This document shows positions 1 to 8,344 of a stretch of DNA of 27,258 nt, one piece after another. The position numbers and the translations under genes were made by a program. Position 1 is the first letter of the stretch, and each line of letters starts with the position of its first letter. This DNA comes from a virus (lineage: Duplodnaviria > Caudoviricetes), in the IMG/VR virus record IMGVR_UViG_3300038393_001232, positions 1 through 27,258 of that record, one strand, 5' to 3'. The notes beneath the pieces are model-generated. The model was not told where the DNA came from and made no database searches. It was given only the letters and a program-made list of their open reading frames with translations.

Positions 1-104
1 GCGAGGTACAGGGCTGCTGGGTGGCGCGCCGCAGAAGGCTCGGCGTCGGGGCGAGCGCTCTTGGGCGTCCGTGTAGGGCTGGCTCCGGGAGGATTCCTGC
101 CCAT
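1..104 (-). CDS. Hypothetical early-left protein, 5' part only
   Basis: ATG overlaps the stop of the upstream gene (TGATG); frame MGRNPPGASPTRTPK... is open to the window edge. Confidence 0.35.
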   Translation of the reverse strand, partial: MGRNPPGASPTRTPKSARPDAEPSAARHPAALYL

Positions 105-397
105 CAAGCCGCCCTCGCCTGAGCCGCACCGGCAGCCTTCGGAGTAAGGTCTGCGTCGATCTCAGCGAAAGCCGCCGCAAGGGCTGCTTCCTTGTTCCCG
201 CCAGCCGCGCGCCTCAGTTCGGCGGCGTGTTCACGATCCCGGCGAACGGCGTCGTTGACCTCGGCCGAGCGCAGGGCGGCGGCGTAGACCTCGGCGTGAC
301 GAGCGGTGAAGCCTTCGCCGTAGCGGGCTTCGTACTCAGCCCATTGCGCCTTGGTGGCGGAGACGTGGGAGAAGTCGGGGTTGAAGACGGCGGCCAT
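104..397 (-). CDS. Hypothetical early-left protein
   Basis: Start re-called at ATG 397 (MAAVFNPDF...), 2 nt after the stop of 400-678; helical Ala-rich sequence. Confidence 0.7.
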   Translation of the reverse strand: MAAVFNPDFSHVSATKAQWAEYEARYGEGFTARHAEVYAAALRSAEVNDAVRRDREHAAELRRAAGGNKEAALAAAFAEIDADLTPKAAGAAQARAA

Positions 398-399
398 GG

Positions 400-678
400 C
401 TAAAACCGCCACCGGGCCGGGGCCTGCATCGCGTTGAGCGCCGCAGTACGGCCGCCAACGTGGTAGGCCTCCCGCACACGCTCGGCGTGCCGCTCGCACT
501 CACGCAGGCTGCGCGCAGCCTCCAAGCGGTCGCGCTCAGCCTCACGACGAATGCGGTCAGCTTCGGGATCGACACCGTACGCCGGCGCAGCGGGCGCCTG
601 CGTGATCTGCCCCCCCTTTGCGAGGAAGGCGCCCTTCAGAGCCTCAAGTTCGTCGGCTTCGGCGGGGTGGCGTTGCAT
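400..678 (-). CDS. Hypothetical protein, first gene of the leftward operon
   Basis: GAGGT Shine-Dalgarno upstream; lies directly downstream of the PL-like promoter. Confidence 0.7.
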   Translation of the reverse strand: MQRHPAEADELEALKGAFLAKGGQITQAPAAPAYGVDPEADRIRREAERDRLEAARSLRECERHAERVREAYHVGGRTAALNAMQAPARWRF

Positions 679-701
679 CGGTGAACCTCGTTTGTGAGGT
701 C

Positions 702-751
702 ACCGTATACGGTTCTCCGTAGATGACAAGCGAAAAGTACGGAAAAACGTA
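702..751 (-). promoter_or_regulatory. PL-like promoter with two operators
   Basis: Minus strand TTGTCA (729-724)-N16-TACGGT (707-702); palindromes TACG-N6-CGTA at 708-721 and 738-751. Confidence 0.75.
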
Positions 752-752
752 C

Positions 753-1154
753 CTATGGCGAAGCCGGGTCTTCGTACTTGACGACCAAAAGCTGCGTCGT
801 TTGCCGGCGCGCTAAGCCGACTGATCCGTTTATGACCATGGCGCCGCTAACGCGTTCATCGTGGTCGAGCACGATGGCGGCATCACCGCCGAGGGACCTG
901 ATGTGCTTCGCCACCGAAGGGCCGAGCGGGTTGCCACTGAAGAGGCCCATGCCGCGTCGATCAGTGAGAACGCCCAGGATTCTATAGTGGTGCGGCGGCG
1001 TCCCCGCGGTCCAGAACTCCACGCCATCTGTGACGACCTTCGTGCCGCCGACGCCATCGCGGACCGCGTCTCTCCCGTCGTAGGAGGCGAAGTCGCCAGC
1101 GTGCGCAGTTCCAGCCGCTAGGGCGACGGCTAAGGCCACGCCGATGGACCTCAT
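753..1154 (-). CDS. Exported protein co-transcribed with the repressor (possible exclusion or lysogenic-conversion protein)
   Basis: Signal peptide MRSIGVALAVALAAGTAHA; start overlaps the repressor stop (ATGA). Confidence 0.7.
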   Translation of the reverse strand: MRSIGVALAVALAAGTAHAGDFASYDGRDAVRDGVGGTKVVTDGVEFWTAGTPPHHYRILGVLTDRRGMGLFSGNPLGPSVAKHIRSLGGDAAIVLDHDERVSGAMVINGSVGLARRQTTQLLVVKYEDPASP

Positions 1155-1798
1155 GCCGCCTCTCCCGTGCGCCGTATGATTCGCCTGGCCTGCTTGGGCT
1201 GGGCGACGTAGGTCACCTCAGCAGCCCACTTCAGGCGCACGTCCTCGAGGGTGGGGCCGACGCGGCTCTCCAGGTCATAAACACCAGGCCGAGACCCTTT
1301 GAGAAGCCGCTTGACCAACACCTGGCCGTCCTCGGTCTCCACGACCGCCGGGAAGCCCAGCATATCTGGCGTCGGAGGCTGGCGCTGGTCCTCAAAGTAG
1401 ATAATGGAGCCGTTGGGCGCCCACTCGCCGCCGCTGTGGCCGCGAACGAGGACTGCGCGCGAGGCTGCGCCACCGCCCGGGGGAATCGGGACCAGCTCGT
1501 CCCCACTCTGACCCGTGGAGAAGATGACAGCGCCCTCTGTGTCGGCTCCAACATAGCCGATGATTGGCGTATAGCCGCTCCCGCCGCCGGCGAAGATTTC
1601 CGCTACAGACACCCCGAAGGCGCTGGCGATCAGTTCCTCATTGGTGCCCTTCAGGCTCTGCGTGTCGCCCTGAACGAACGACGCGAGCGTGGTGTAGGGC
1701 ACCTCTGACTTCTTCGCGACCTGCCGCGTGTTCGTGCCTACGGCGGCCATCCAGGCCTTGAATGCACGCGCTCGGTTGCTGGGATTGCCCTTGGCCAT
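1151..1798 (-). CDS. cI: CI-like phage repressor (HTH plus S24 peptidase-like domain)
   Basis: HTH TRQVAKKSEVPYTTLASF; VGA linker; VRGHS and LVKRL motifs; divergent from a cro-like gene. Start re-called at ATG 1798. Confidence 0.85.
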   Translation of the reverse strand: MAKGNPSNRARAFKAWMAAVGTNTRQVAKKSEVPYTTLASFVQGDTQSLKGTNEELIASAFGVSVAEIFAGGGSGYTPIIGYVGADTEGAVIFSTGQSGDELVPIPPGGGAASRAVLVRGHSGGEWAPNGSIIYFEDQRQPPTPDMLGFPAVVETEDGQVLVKRLLKGSRPGVYDLESRVGPTLEDVRLKWAAEVTYVAQPKQARRIIRRTGEAA

Positions 1799-1889
1799 GA
1801 CGCCACCATGGCGAAGCGGCCGGAACTCCGTAATTACGGGCTTACGTAAAAAATGTTGCGACATCTACGAAATACCGTAGATTGTCCGC
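1799..1889. promoter_or_regulatory. Divergent PRM/PR promoters with operators
   Basis: Plus: TTGCGA (1856-1861)-N16-TAGATT (1878-1883)-6 nt-ATG. Minus: TTACGG-N17-CATGGT-6 nt-ATG. TACG-N6-CGTA at 1835-1848 and 1866-1879; degenerate copy at 1819-1832. Confidence 0.75.
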
Positions 1890-2120
1890 ATGTCGCCGCT
1901 CGAAACAGCCCGAGACACCGTGCGCCGCGTAGCCCTGAGGCTGGGCAACGCCGAGCTCGCCCGCCTCTCGCAGCTTCCGCTCATGACGGTGGTTGACGCC
2001 CACAAGCGAAACTTCGCTGGCGGCTCAGTCAAGACGCTAGAGCAACTATACGTAGCGGCGGAAGCATGGGAGCGCCGCCAAGCAGCGGGGGGAGCGGTGT
2101 CAGAGGCGGACGCCGCCTGA
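1890..2120 (+). CDS. cro: Cro-like HTH protein
   Basis: 76 aa, NAELARLSQLPLMTV helix-turn-helix, divergent from the repressor. Confidence 0.75.
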   Translation: MSPLETARDTVRRVALRLGNAELARLSQLPLMTVVDAHKRNFAGGSVKTLEQLYVAAEAWERRQAAGGAVSEADAA

Positions 2121-2673
2121 TGCCTCAGTTCTCCGCAATTCCGCTGTGCCACTTCGCCAGCCGCGTCACCGCCTTTGGGCACCTCCCACAGGCGAAGCAC
2201 CGCTCGGCGAGCCAGAGGCGCGTGATCTCGTCGCGATCCGCCACAGGCTCGCGCGACCGCTGCGGCAGTCCGATCCTGGCGAGGGTGCCTTCCGTCTCCT
2301 TGCGGCAAGCCTTGCGGGTTCGGAACGGAACTGACGGAACGCGGTATGTCACGGGCGCTATCGCGCACCGGGCGAGTTTCCGGACTCTTTCCAGACATAG
2401 TGAAGCCGGCAGTCACAATGCCGATACACCTGCGGCAACCTGTCACGCCAAAAGCGCGGTCACCCTGCGGCACGGCATAGAGCACGGCGCCCAGCACCGG
2501 CTCCCGTCGCTCGCACCCGCTCAGCAGCACCAACACCGCGAGCGCGCCTAGCCATGCGCGCCTCACTCCGACATGCGCTGGACAGCCCCCCACTCGGCCT
2601 AGCCCCCCGAGCAGCGCAAGTGCGTCCCGCCGGTGACGTCCAGTCCGCCGGCGGGGCTGCGCATTTTCCATGG

Positions 2674-2874
2674 TCAGGCGCTCGTATCCGCGCGCGCCGC
2701 GACCTCTCCGGCCAGCTCTGCCACGAGCCGGCTGTGTTCATCCGCCCGGCGTCTGAAGAACGTCCGGCCCTTGCCGCTCAGTTCGCGGCCCAGCGCGCTA
2801 TTCGCACCTGCCAAGGTGGCGCGCTTGATCAACGCTACGATCAGTTCGTCCTGCTGCCTGTCCGCCTCCGTCAT
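2674..2874 (-). CDS. Hypothetical protein (66 aa) opposite to the early operon
   Basis: GGAGGG Shine-Dalgarno before ATG 2874; MTEADRQQDELIVALIKRA... reads like a real helical protein. Confidence 0.55.
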   Translation of the reverse strand: MTEADRQQDELIVALIKRATLAGANSALGRELSGKGRTFFRRRADEHSRLVAELAGEVAARADTSA

Positions 2875-2897
2875 CCGTCCCTCCGTCGCGAGGCGAA

Positions 2898-3362
2898 GTG
2901 ATGACGTACGAGGCGGTGACGGGCATGGCGAAAAATTACCACGGTCGGCCACGGGAGCGGCTGAGCGCTTTCCTGCGGCAGATGTATCCCGGCGTCGGGC
3001 GCGACAAGCGCTTGGCCGCCGACCTTCAGATCAGCCCACGCGCGGCGCGGAACCTGTTCGAGGACCACTGGCCCAGCGACGACACGTTCGCGGCCATCGT
3101 GGCTCGCTTCGGCCGGACGGTCGTGCGCATCATCACCGAACCGGACATCAGCCCGGTCCTCGCCGAATTGACCGAAAGGGAGGCGCGCCTTGAACGAGAG
3201 CTCGAAGCGGCACGTCTCCGTCGGCGCGAGGCTGAAGGCTTTCTGGAAGGCGCTGCGGATCGCCGCGCTGGAGATGCGGACGCGCCTGACCCGGCGCAGC
3301 TGACGCTCTTCGAGACACGCACTTTCGAACGACCTGGGGCGAGCGCTCACCCGAGCGCCTGA
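2898..3362 (+). CDS. HTH plus coiled-coil protein in the CII position
   Basis: DKRLAADLQISPRAARNL HTH-like segment and a coiled-coil C-terminus; start uncertain (2898, 2901 or later). Confidence 0.65.
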   Translation: MMTYEAVTGMAKNYHGRPRERLSAFLRQMYPGVGRDKRLAADLQISPRAARNLFEDHWPSDDTFAAIVARFGRTVVRIITEPDISPVLAELTEREARLERELEAARLRRREAEGFLEGAADRRAGDADAPDPAQLTLFETRTFERPGASAHPSA

Positions 3363-3443
3363 ACCTTGCCGCCTGCGCGTCGGGCGCGGGTTGGCCATCC
3401 GATTGCGAGCCGGCGCTTCCGGCGTAGGAGAGAGGAGGGGCTC

Positions 3444-3647
3444 ATGGCCTCTGAAAGCTCATCGCCTGCATCGTCTGGCGGGATCGGCTTGTTAGGGCTG
3501 CTCGGGGTCGCCTTCGTCGTACTCAAGCTCTGCCACGTCATCAGTTGGTCTTGGTGGTGGGTGCTGGCGCCGCTCTGGGGCGGCTTCCTGCTCGCCCTGA
3601 TCATGATCGCTATCGCCGTCGTGATCGCCTTCGCGGCTGAGCGATAG
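3444..3647 (+). CDS. Small phage membrane protein
   Basis: Strong GAGGAGG SD; VLKLCHVISWSWWWVLAPLW motif common in phage membrane proteins. Confidence 0.8.
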   Translation: MASESSSPASSGGIGLLGLLGVAFVVLKLCHVISWSWWWVLAPLWGGFLLALIMIAIAVVIAFAAER

Positions 3648-3650
3648 CAG

Positions 3651-3815
3651 ATGCTGGGGCGCTTCCGTTCCTGGCTGACGGCTCGCAGGTTCGCCCGAGC
3701 ATTCGCACCCTACGACCGCGCCATCGAAGCCGCGCGCTGGGCCCATCGCCCGGTGCGGGATCTGATCGCCCGGAAGCGGGAGGCCCTGCATCAGGCGTTG
3801 GGGGCGCGGTCGTGA
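3651..3815 (+). CDS. Hypothetical protein (54 aa)
   Basis: Manual translation MLGRFRSWLTARRF...GARS; fills the gap and its stop overlaps the next start (GTGA). Confidence 0.55.
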   Translation: MLGRFRSWLTARRFARAFAPYDRAIEAARWAHRPVRDLIARKREALHQALGARS

Positions 3816-3955
3816 GCAAGACCGGCAGGACCCCTTCAGATGCGGCGGCTGAGATCGTCGAGAACACCCTAGTCGTCCTCGTGGTGCTCCTGTTCACGCC
3901 GTTTGGCTGGATCGGGCTGCTTGTGCTTGGGCTCGTCTTCGGGTGGCGTCCGTGA
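3812..3955 (+). CDS. Small membrane protein (47 aa)
   Basis: Manual translation ...LVVLVVLLFTPFGWIGLLVLGLVFGWRP; GTGA coupling at both ends. Confidence 0.6.
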   Translation: MSKTGRTPSDAAAEIVENTLVVLVVLLFTPFGWIGLLVLGLVFGWRP

Positions 3956-4308
3956 CCACCTTCAGCCTCCCATTCCCGCCCGCGAGCCTGTCCGGCCACG
4001 CCAAAGGCCACTGGCGCTCCAAGAGCGGCCCTACCGCCGAGCATCGCGAGTGGGCGCGGGTCGCCGCCTTAGCGGCCAAGGCTGTGGCGCCAGCCGAGGG
4101 CGACATCCGCATCCACGTTCGCCTTGTGCCGCCCGACCGGCGGGGCGACCGCACCAACTACCCCAATAGGCTGAAGCCGTACTTCGACGGCATCGCCGAC
4201 GCCATGAAGGTGAACGACCGCCGCTTCCTGCCTTCGTTCGAGTTCGCCGAGCCCAAGACGCCCGGCGAGGTCGTCGTCACCATCCAACCCCAGGAGAGCG
4301 GCCAGTGA
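3952..4308 (+). CDS. rusA: RusA-like Holliday junction resolvase
   Basis: LPFPPA N-terminus and PPDRRGDRTN...K...DGIADAMKVNDRRF acidic motif. Confidence 0.75.
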   Translation: MTTFSLPFPPASLSGHAKGHWRSKSGPTAEHREWARVAALAAKAVAPAEGDIRIHVRLVPPDRRGDRTNYPNRLKPYFDGIADAMKVNDRRFLPSFEFAEPKTPGEVVVTIQPQESGQ

Positions 4309-4673
4309 CCGAACGCAAGCGCCCCGACCGCGCCTTGGTGCTCAAGGTCGTGACCGAAGAAGCGATGGCCATCGGCGCTGATCCCGCAGCCGTGCTGGCG
4401 ATGGCCATCGACCGGTTGTCGAAGCGCGCCCGTCGAGCCTCCATGCTTCGCATCCTGGCCGAAACGGGATGCAGCCGCAGTGGTCTCGCCCACGTCTGGG
4501 GCTGCGACCGCCAAGTGGTCTGCCGCTTGATCAACCCTCGCAGGCCGGAACGGAAGGCGAAACCGGAACGGCCCGTGAACGGCAATGACCAACGACGGCG
4601 CGCGCGTGCGGAGCGGTGCAATGCTGATCTGGCGGCCTGGAATGCGCTGGGCCGCAGGAGCGAAGCCGCATGA
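4305..4673 (+). CDS. Hypothetical HTH-like protein
   Basis: CSRSGLAHVWGCDRQVV HTH-like segment; 4-nt overlaps on both sides. Confidence 0.6.
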   Translation: MTERKRPDRALVLKVVTEEAMAIGADPAAVLAMAIDRLSKRARRASMLRILAETGCSRSGLAHVWGCDRQVVCRLINPRRPERKAKPERPVNGNDQRRRARAERCNADLAAWNALGRRSEAA

Positions 4674-5233
4674 CCTTCCTATGGAGCGACGAGCGCGTCG
4701 AACTCTTGAAGGCGCTCTGGGACAAGGGTCTCAGCGCGACGCAAATCGCTGCGCAACTCGGCGGCGCCCTCAGCCGAAACGCCATCTGCGGGAAGGCCCG
4801 CAGGATCGGCCTCTACCGCACCTTTGAACAGATCACCGCCGCGAAAGCCTACGGTGGCCGAACGAACATGAAGGGCCACAGCCTTCGCAGGATTGCGCAG
4901 CAGACCCGCGCGGCGGCGCCGCCGAAGCGTAAGCCGCAAGCGCCGCTCCCCGCCATCCGCGTCAGCGAAACCCGCACCTACGCCCAGCCCGAGCCGACGC
5001 CGCTTCCTGTGTTCCGACCCGAGCCCGTGGCCTCAACCCCAAAACCCTGGCTGGAACGCCGGTTCGGCGAGTGCGCAGCGCCTGTCAGCGGGGAGGGCGC
5101 CGATGTCTGGTCCTGCTGCGCGGCGGCCCCGAACGGCCCCTACTGCGCCGCCCATCGGGCCCCCTTCTACACGAAGGCCGCCGCCAAGGCGCGTGAGGCC
5201 AAGGCGAAACAGATGCGGAGGGCTGCGGCATGA
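4670..5233 (+). CDS. gcrA: GcrA-family cell-cycle regulator
   Basis: WSDERVELLKALWDKGLSATQIAAQLGG-SRNAICGKARRIGL matches the GcrA N-terminal HTH; C-terminal C..P...CC...PYCAAH motif. Confidence 0.9.
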   Translation: MTFLWSDERVELLKALWDKGLSATQIAAQLGGALSRNAICGKARRIGLYRTFEQITAAKAYGGRTNMKGHSLRRIAQQTRAAAPPKRKPQAPLPAIRVSETRTYAQPEPTPLPVFRPEPVASTPKPWLERRFGECAAPVSGEGADVWSCCAAAPNGPYCAAHRAPFYTKAAAKAREAKAKQMRRAAA

Positions 5234-5637
5234 CCTGCGCCCGATGTGCCGAGCTGGAAGAGGAGGTCGCCTACCTGCGGGGCGAGCTCGCGCTGACCCA
5301 CGAAGCCGAGACCTACGCGAGGCTGCGCGCCCATCTTCGCTCTCGGCCTGGGAGCCATCGTGGCGGCGCCATTGGTCTGATCACGGCGCTCTACTCGGCG
5401 CATGGCCGCGTGCTCACCACAGCCCAGATCATGGACGCGGTGCCGGCCACCAAGACCGAGCACGAAGACCGGATGCCGGATATCTCCAAGGTCTGGGTCT
5501 GCTCCGCGCGCAAAGCGCTCGGTCATGACTCCATCGAGAACGTCTGGGGCAAGGGCTATCGCATGACGCCGGCAGGCATCGAGCGCGTCCGCGCCATCGT
5601 CGAACCCGCCGATACCAGCCAGGTCGCCGCAGCATGA
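5230..5637 (+). CDS. Orphan OmpR/PhoB-type winged-helix protein (CtrA C-terminal-like, no receiver domain)
   Basis: GRVLTTAQIMD...ISKVWVCSARKALG..IENVWGKGY resembles CtrA IIDVFICKLRKKL...IETVWGRGY; short N-terminal CxxC coiled coil. Confidence 0.8.
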   Translation: MTCARCAELEEEVAYLRGELALTHEAETYARLRAHLRSRPGSHRGGAIGLITALYSAHGRVLTTAQIMDAVPATKTEHEDRMPDISKVWVCSARKALGHDSIENVWGKGYRMTPAGIERVRAIVEPADTSQVAAA

Positions 5638-5825
5638 CCCGCGGCCTAACCTCCGACCGTTCCCAACTCTCCCCCTGGAAAGCCAGAGCCCTTGGCGCTG
5701 AAGCCGCTCTTCATGAGAGCGAGGCGCTGAACGCTGAGCTCTCCGGACAGCTCGCGCGGGCTCATGCGGCCTGTGTCCGGATGGCGCGGCAGGTCCCGCT
5801 TGTGCGGCTGGGGAGGGCGGCTTGA
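5634..5825 (+). CDS. Hypothetical protein
   Basis: Translationally coupled on both sides. Confidence 0.55.
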   Translation: MTRGLTSDRSQLSPWKARALGAEAALHESEALNAELSGQLARAHAACVRMARQVPLVRLGRAA

Positions 5826-6022
5826 GCGAATCCCAGCGAGCCTCCGCCGCCGAAATCGTGGCGCATGAGCTTGCCCGGCGAGAGCCGGCGGACCGCCCGC
5901 GATTCCTGCGGGAGCTGCTGGCCCACACGGCGGCTGGACTGGTGGTGCTCGAAGGCGACAAGGCTGCGGCCGAGGCCTGCTATCGGCTTAGCGACGCCGT
6001 CACCACGCGGGGGCGCCGTTGA
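5822..6022 (+). CDS. Hypothetical protein
   Basis: GGGAGG SD and coupled overlaps. Confidence 0.6.
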   Translation: MSESQRASAAEIVAHELARREPADRPRFLRELLAHTAAGLVVLEGDKAAAEACYRLSDAVTTRGRR

Positions 6023-7992
6023 GCGTGGCCCTCGCGTCCGACAACAGCAACGACTTCGCGCGCCACATGGAAGCCGTGGCCCGCAAGGTGCTGGGCGATC
6101 CGAACAAGGCCCTCTCCAGTGCCGCCGAGCTCCGCTTCGGGTCGCGCGGATCCATGGCCGTGGACATCGAGAAGGGCGTCTGGGCCGACCACGAGGCCGG
6201 CGAAGGCGGTGGCGTCATGGACCTCCTGAAGCGCGTGCTGCGCCTGGAGGGCAAGGAAGCCATCGCTTGGTTGAATCGGGAAGTTGGCGCGGAGTTCGAG
6301 GAACGCCAGGAGCGCGAGCCCTCGCGCGGCAATGTTCAGCCCATGCGCCGCATAGTGGCGACCTACGACTACACCGACGAGGGCGGCAACCTGTTGTTCC
6401 AGTCGGTGCGCTACGAGCCGAAGGACTTCCGCCAGCGCCGGCCGGACCCTGAGGCCGAAGGCGGCTGGTCGTGGTCGGTGAAGGGGACCCGGCAGGTTCC
6501 CTATCGGCTTCCGCAAGTGCTCGCCGCTGTGCATATCCGCGAGCCCGTCTTCGTGGTTGAGGGCGAGAAGGATGCCGATGGCCTTGTCCGTGAAGGGCTG
6601 ACCGCGACGTGCAACGCCATGGGGGCCGGAAAGTGGCCCGATGAACTAGCGCCGCCCTTCTCAGGCGCGGACGTGATCATCCTGCCCGACAACGACGACG
6701 CCGGCCGCAATCACGCCCAGGTCGTCGCGGCTTCGCTGCAAGGCCGCGCCAAGCGGGTCCGCATCCTCGAGCTTCCGGGCCTGCCGCTCAAGGGCGACGT
6801 CTCCGACTGGTTGGAGTCGGGCGGCGACCGCGACGAACTTATGAAGCTGGTCGAGCGAGACGCCAAGGACTGGGTTCCCGAGCCCCCGCAGAGCCGCTTC
6901 GGAGCGATCGGCTTCGGCGAGGCGATCCAGGCAACGCTCAGCTACCCGCCGCTCATCAAGGGGCTGATCTTCCAGGGCGACAAGGGGATGGTCTTCGGCG
7001 AGTCCGGGAGCGGCAAGAGCTTCCTGTGCGTGGACGCCGGGCTAGCCATAGCCCGCGGCGTTCCGTTCCTCGGCATGAAGACGGCGCAGGGCGCGGTCCT
7101 CTACCAGGCTGGCGAGGGCGGGAGGGGCCTCATCAAGCGCCTCCAGGCCTACGCCAAGGAGCATCGGATCCACGAAGAGTTGCCTTTCAAGCTCCTGCCA
7201 GAGAAGGTCAACCTCTTCGCCGAGGACGGCGACGCCGAGCCGTTCATCGCTGAATGTGTTGCCTGGCGCGCGTGGTACCAGAGCCAAGGCATCCCGCTCC
7301 TGCTGATCGTCATCGACACGTTCTCGGCCGCCTCTGCCGGCGCCAACGAGAACGCGTCCGAAGACATGGGGCGAATGCTCGACGCCGGCGACCGGGTCAA
7401 CAAAGCCACCGGGGCGGCCGTAGTCTGGGTTCACCACAAGAACGCGGCCGGCCTGCGGGAGCGCGGCCACAGCTCGTTCCGGGCCAACATCGAAACAGCA
7501 TTGGAGGTGAGGCGAGACGAAGAGACCAAAGAGCGCAGCGCGCGCCTGGTGAAGCTGAAGGACGGCGAAGACGGCTGGATCAAGGGATTCGAGCTGCAAT
7601 CCGTAGAACTAGGGATCGATGACGACGGCGACCCCATCACGTCATGCGTGGTGAGACCCGCCCAGATCGAAAGCTCACGGACCGGCAAACGGCAATTCCT
7701 GCCCCGCGGTCAGTTCAACTTCCTTCGCGTCTTGGACGATGCGGTCGGCCAATGGGGCGGCATCGTTCCCGTTGGCGGCGAGGCCCCTGCGGGGACCTAT
7801 GGCGTCGAATATCCGAAGTTCCGCGACCTCTACAAGGCCGTGCTCGGGGCCGGAAAAGAACCCGGTGCGATCCGCACGGCGATCAGCCGTGATGGGGATG
7901 CGCTGTGGCGATCCGGCCTGATCGAGCGGCACGAGGAGTGGTTCTGGATCACCGAACGCGGCAAGTGGCAGCTGAACGGGGGTGTTACGTGA
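6019..7992 (+). CDS. Primase-helicase (TOPRIM plus RecA-like AAA_25-type helicase)
   Basis: VVEGEKD and PDNDDAG TOPRIM motifs; Walker A GESGSGKS; Walker B LIVIDT; VHH...RGHSS. Confidence 0.9.
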   Translation: MSVALASDNSNDFARHMEAVARKVLGDPNKALSSAAELRFGSRGSMAVDIEKGVWADHEAGEGGGVMDLLKRVLRLEGKEAIAWLNREVGAEFEERQEREPSRGNVQPMRRIVATYDYTDEGGNLLFQSVRYEPKDFRQRRPDPEAEGGWSWSVKGTRQVPYRLPQVLAAVHIREPVFVVEGEKDADGLVREGLTATCNAMGAGKWPDELAPPFSGADVIILPDNDDAGRNHAQVVAASLQGRAKRVRILELPGLPLKGDVSDWLESGGDRDELMKLVERDAKDWVPEPPQSRFGAIGFGEAIQATLSYPPLIKGLIFQGDKGMVFGESGSGKSFLCVDAGLAIARGVPFLGMKTAQGAVLYQAGEGGRGLIKRLQAYAKEHRIHEELPFKLLPEKVNLFAEDGDAEPFIAECVAWRAWYQSQGIPLLLIVIDTFSAASAGANENASEDMGRMLDAGDRVNKATGAAVVWVHHKNAAGLRERGHSSFRANIETALEVRRDEETKERSARLVKLKDGEDGWIKGFELQSVELGIDDDGDPITSCVVRPAQIESSRTGKRQFLPRGQFNFLRVLDDAVGQWGGIVPVGGEAPAGTYGVEYPKFRDLYKAVLGAGKEPGAIRTAISRDGDALWRSGLIERHEEWFWITERGKWQLNGGVT

Positions 7993-8165
7993 GATTGTAT
8001 GAAATCATTGAGGAAAAGTGGTGTTACGTAATGGTAGGTGTAACGCCCGTAACACGTAAATCGGCCGTCGCGAGCGCTCTCGCGCGCGGTTTGGTTTATC
8101 TCAAACCTAAGGGTTATCCCCAGAGCTTCAGTAGGGGTTGGCCCCTTCAGGGCCATACCCCGTAC
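7981..8165. other. Probable phage replication origin
   Basis: Locally AT-rich; GGTGTTACGT at 7981-7990 and 8020-8029, inverted CGTAACAC at 8048-8055; hairpins GGTTTG...CAAACC and GGGGT-TGGCCC...GGGCCA-TACCCC. Confidence 0.55.
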
Positions 8166-8266
8166 ACAGAACCGGGAACTGCCACGCCGAGCGCGCGAAC
8201 GCTCCCGCGCCTTGCGGCGCCCGCGTTCGCCGGCCGACCCCGCGTCCGTCCAGCAGGAGCCTCGGC

Positions 8267-8344
8267 ATGACCGACCTCACCCTCGGAGACCGCGTCTCCC
8301 TCGTCTCTGGCGGTCCTGAGATGACCGTGGAGTGCAATCCATGA
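8267..8344 (+). pseudogene. Truncated YodC/DUF2158-like ORF (25 aa)
   Basis: AGGAG SD; MTDLTLGDRVSLVSGGPEMTV matches the family's GD.V.L.SGGP.MTV N-terminus, then stops. Confidence 0.6.

Noticed and set aside
1799-1889. CtrA box (TTAA-N7-TTAA) in the switch region
   Set aside because: No full site seen by eye; the palindromes are TACG-N6-CGTA.
2066-2901. Plus-strand ORFs 2066-2551 and 2554-2901
   Set aside because: Arg/Ser/His-rich, no motifs, and overlapped by a better-supported minus-strand gene; not called, though not excluded.
3444-3955. Small membrane proteins as holin or lysis cassette
   Set aside because: Located in the early operon with no endolysin nearby; lysis genes and integrase are not visible in this window.
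7905-8270. 121-aa ORF across the putative origin
   Set aside because: Overlaps the helicase end, lacks a clear SD and spans repeats and hairpins; more likely non-coding.
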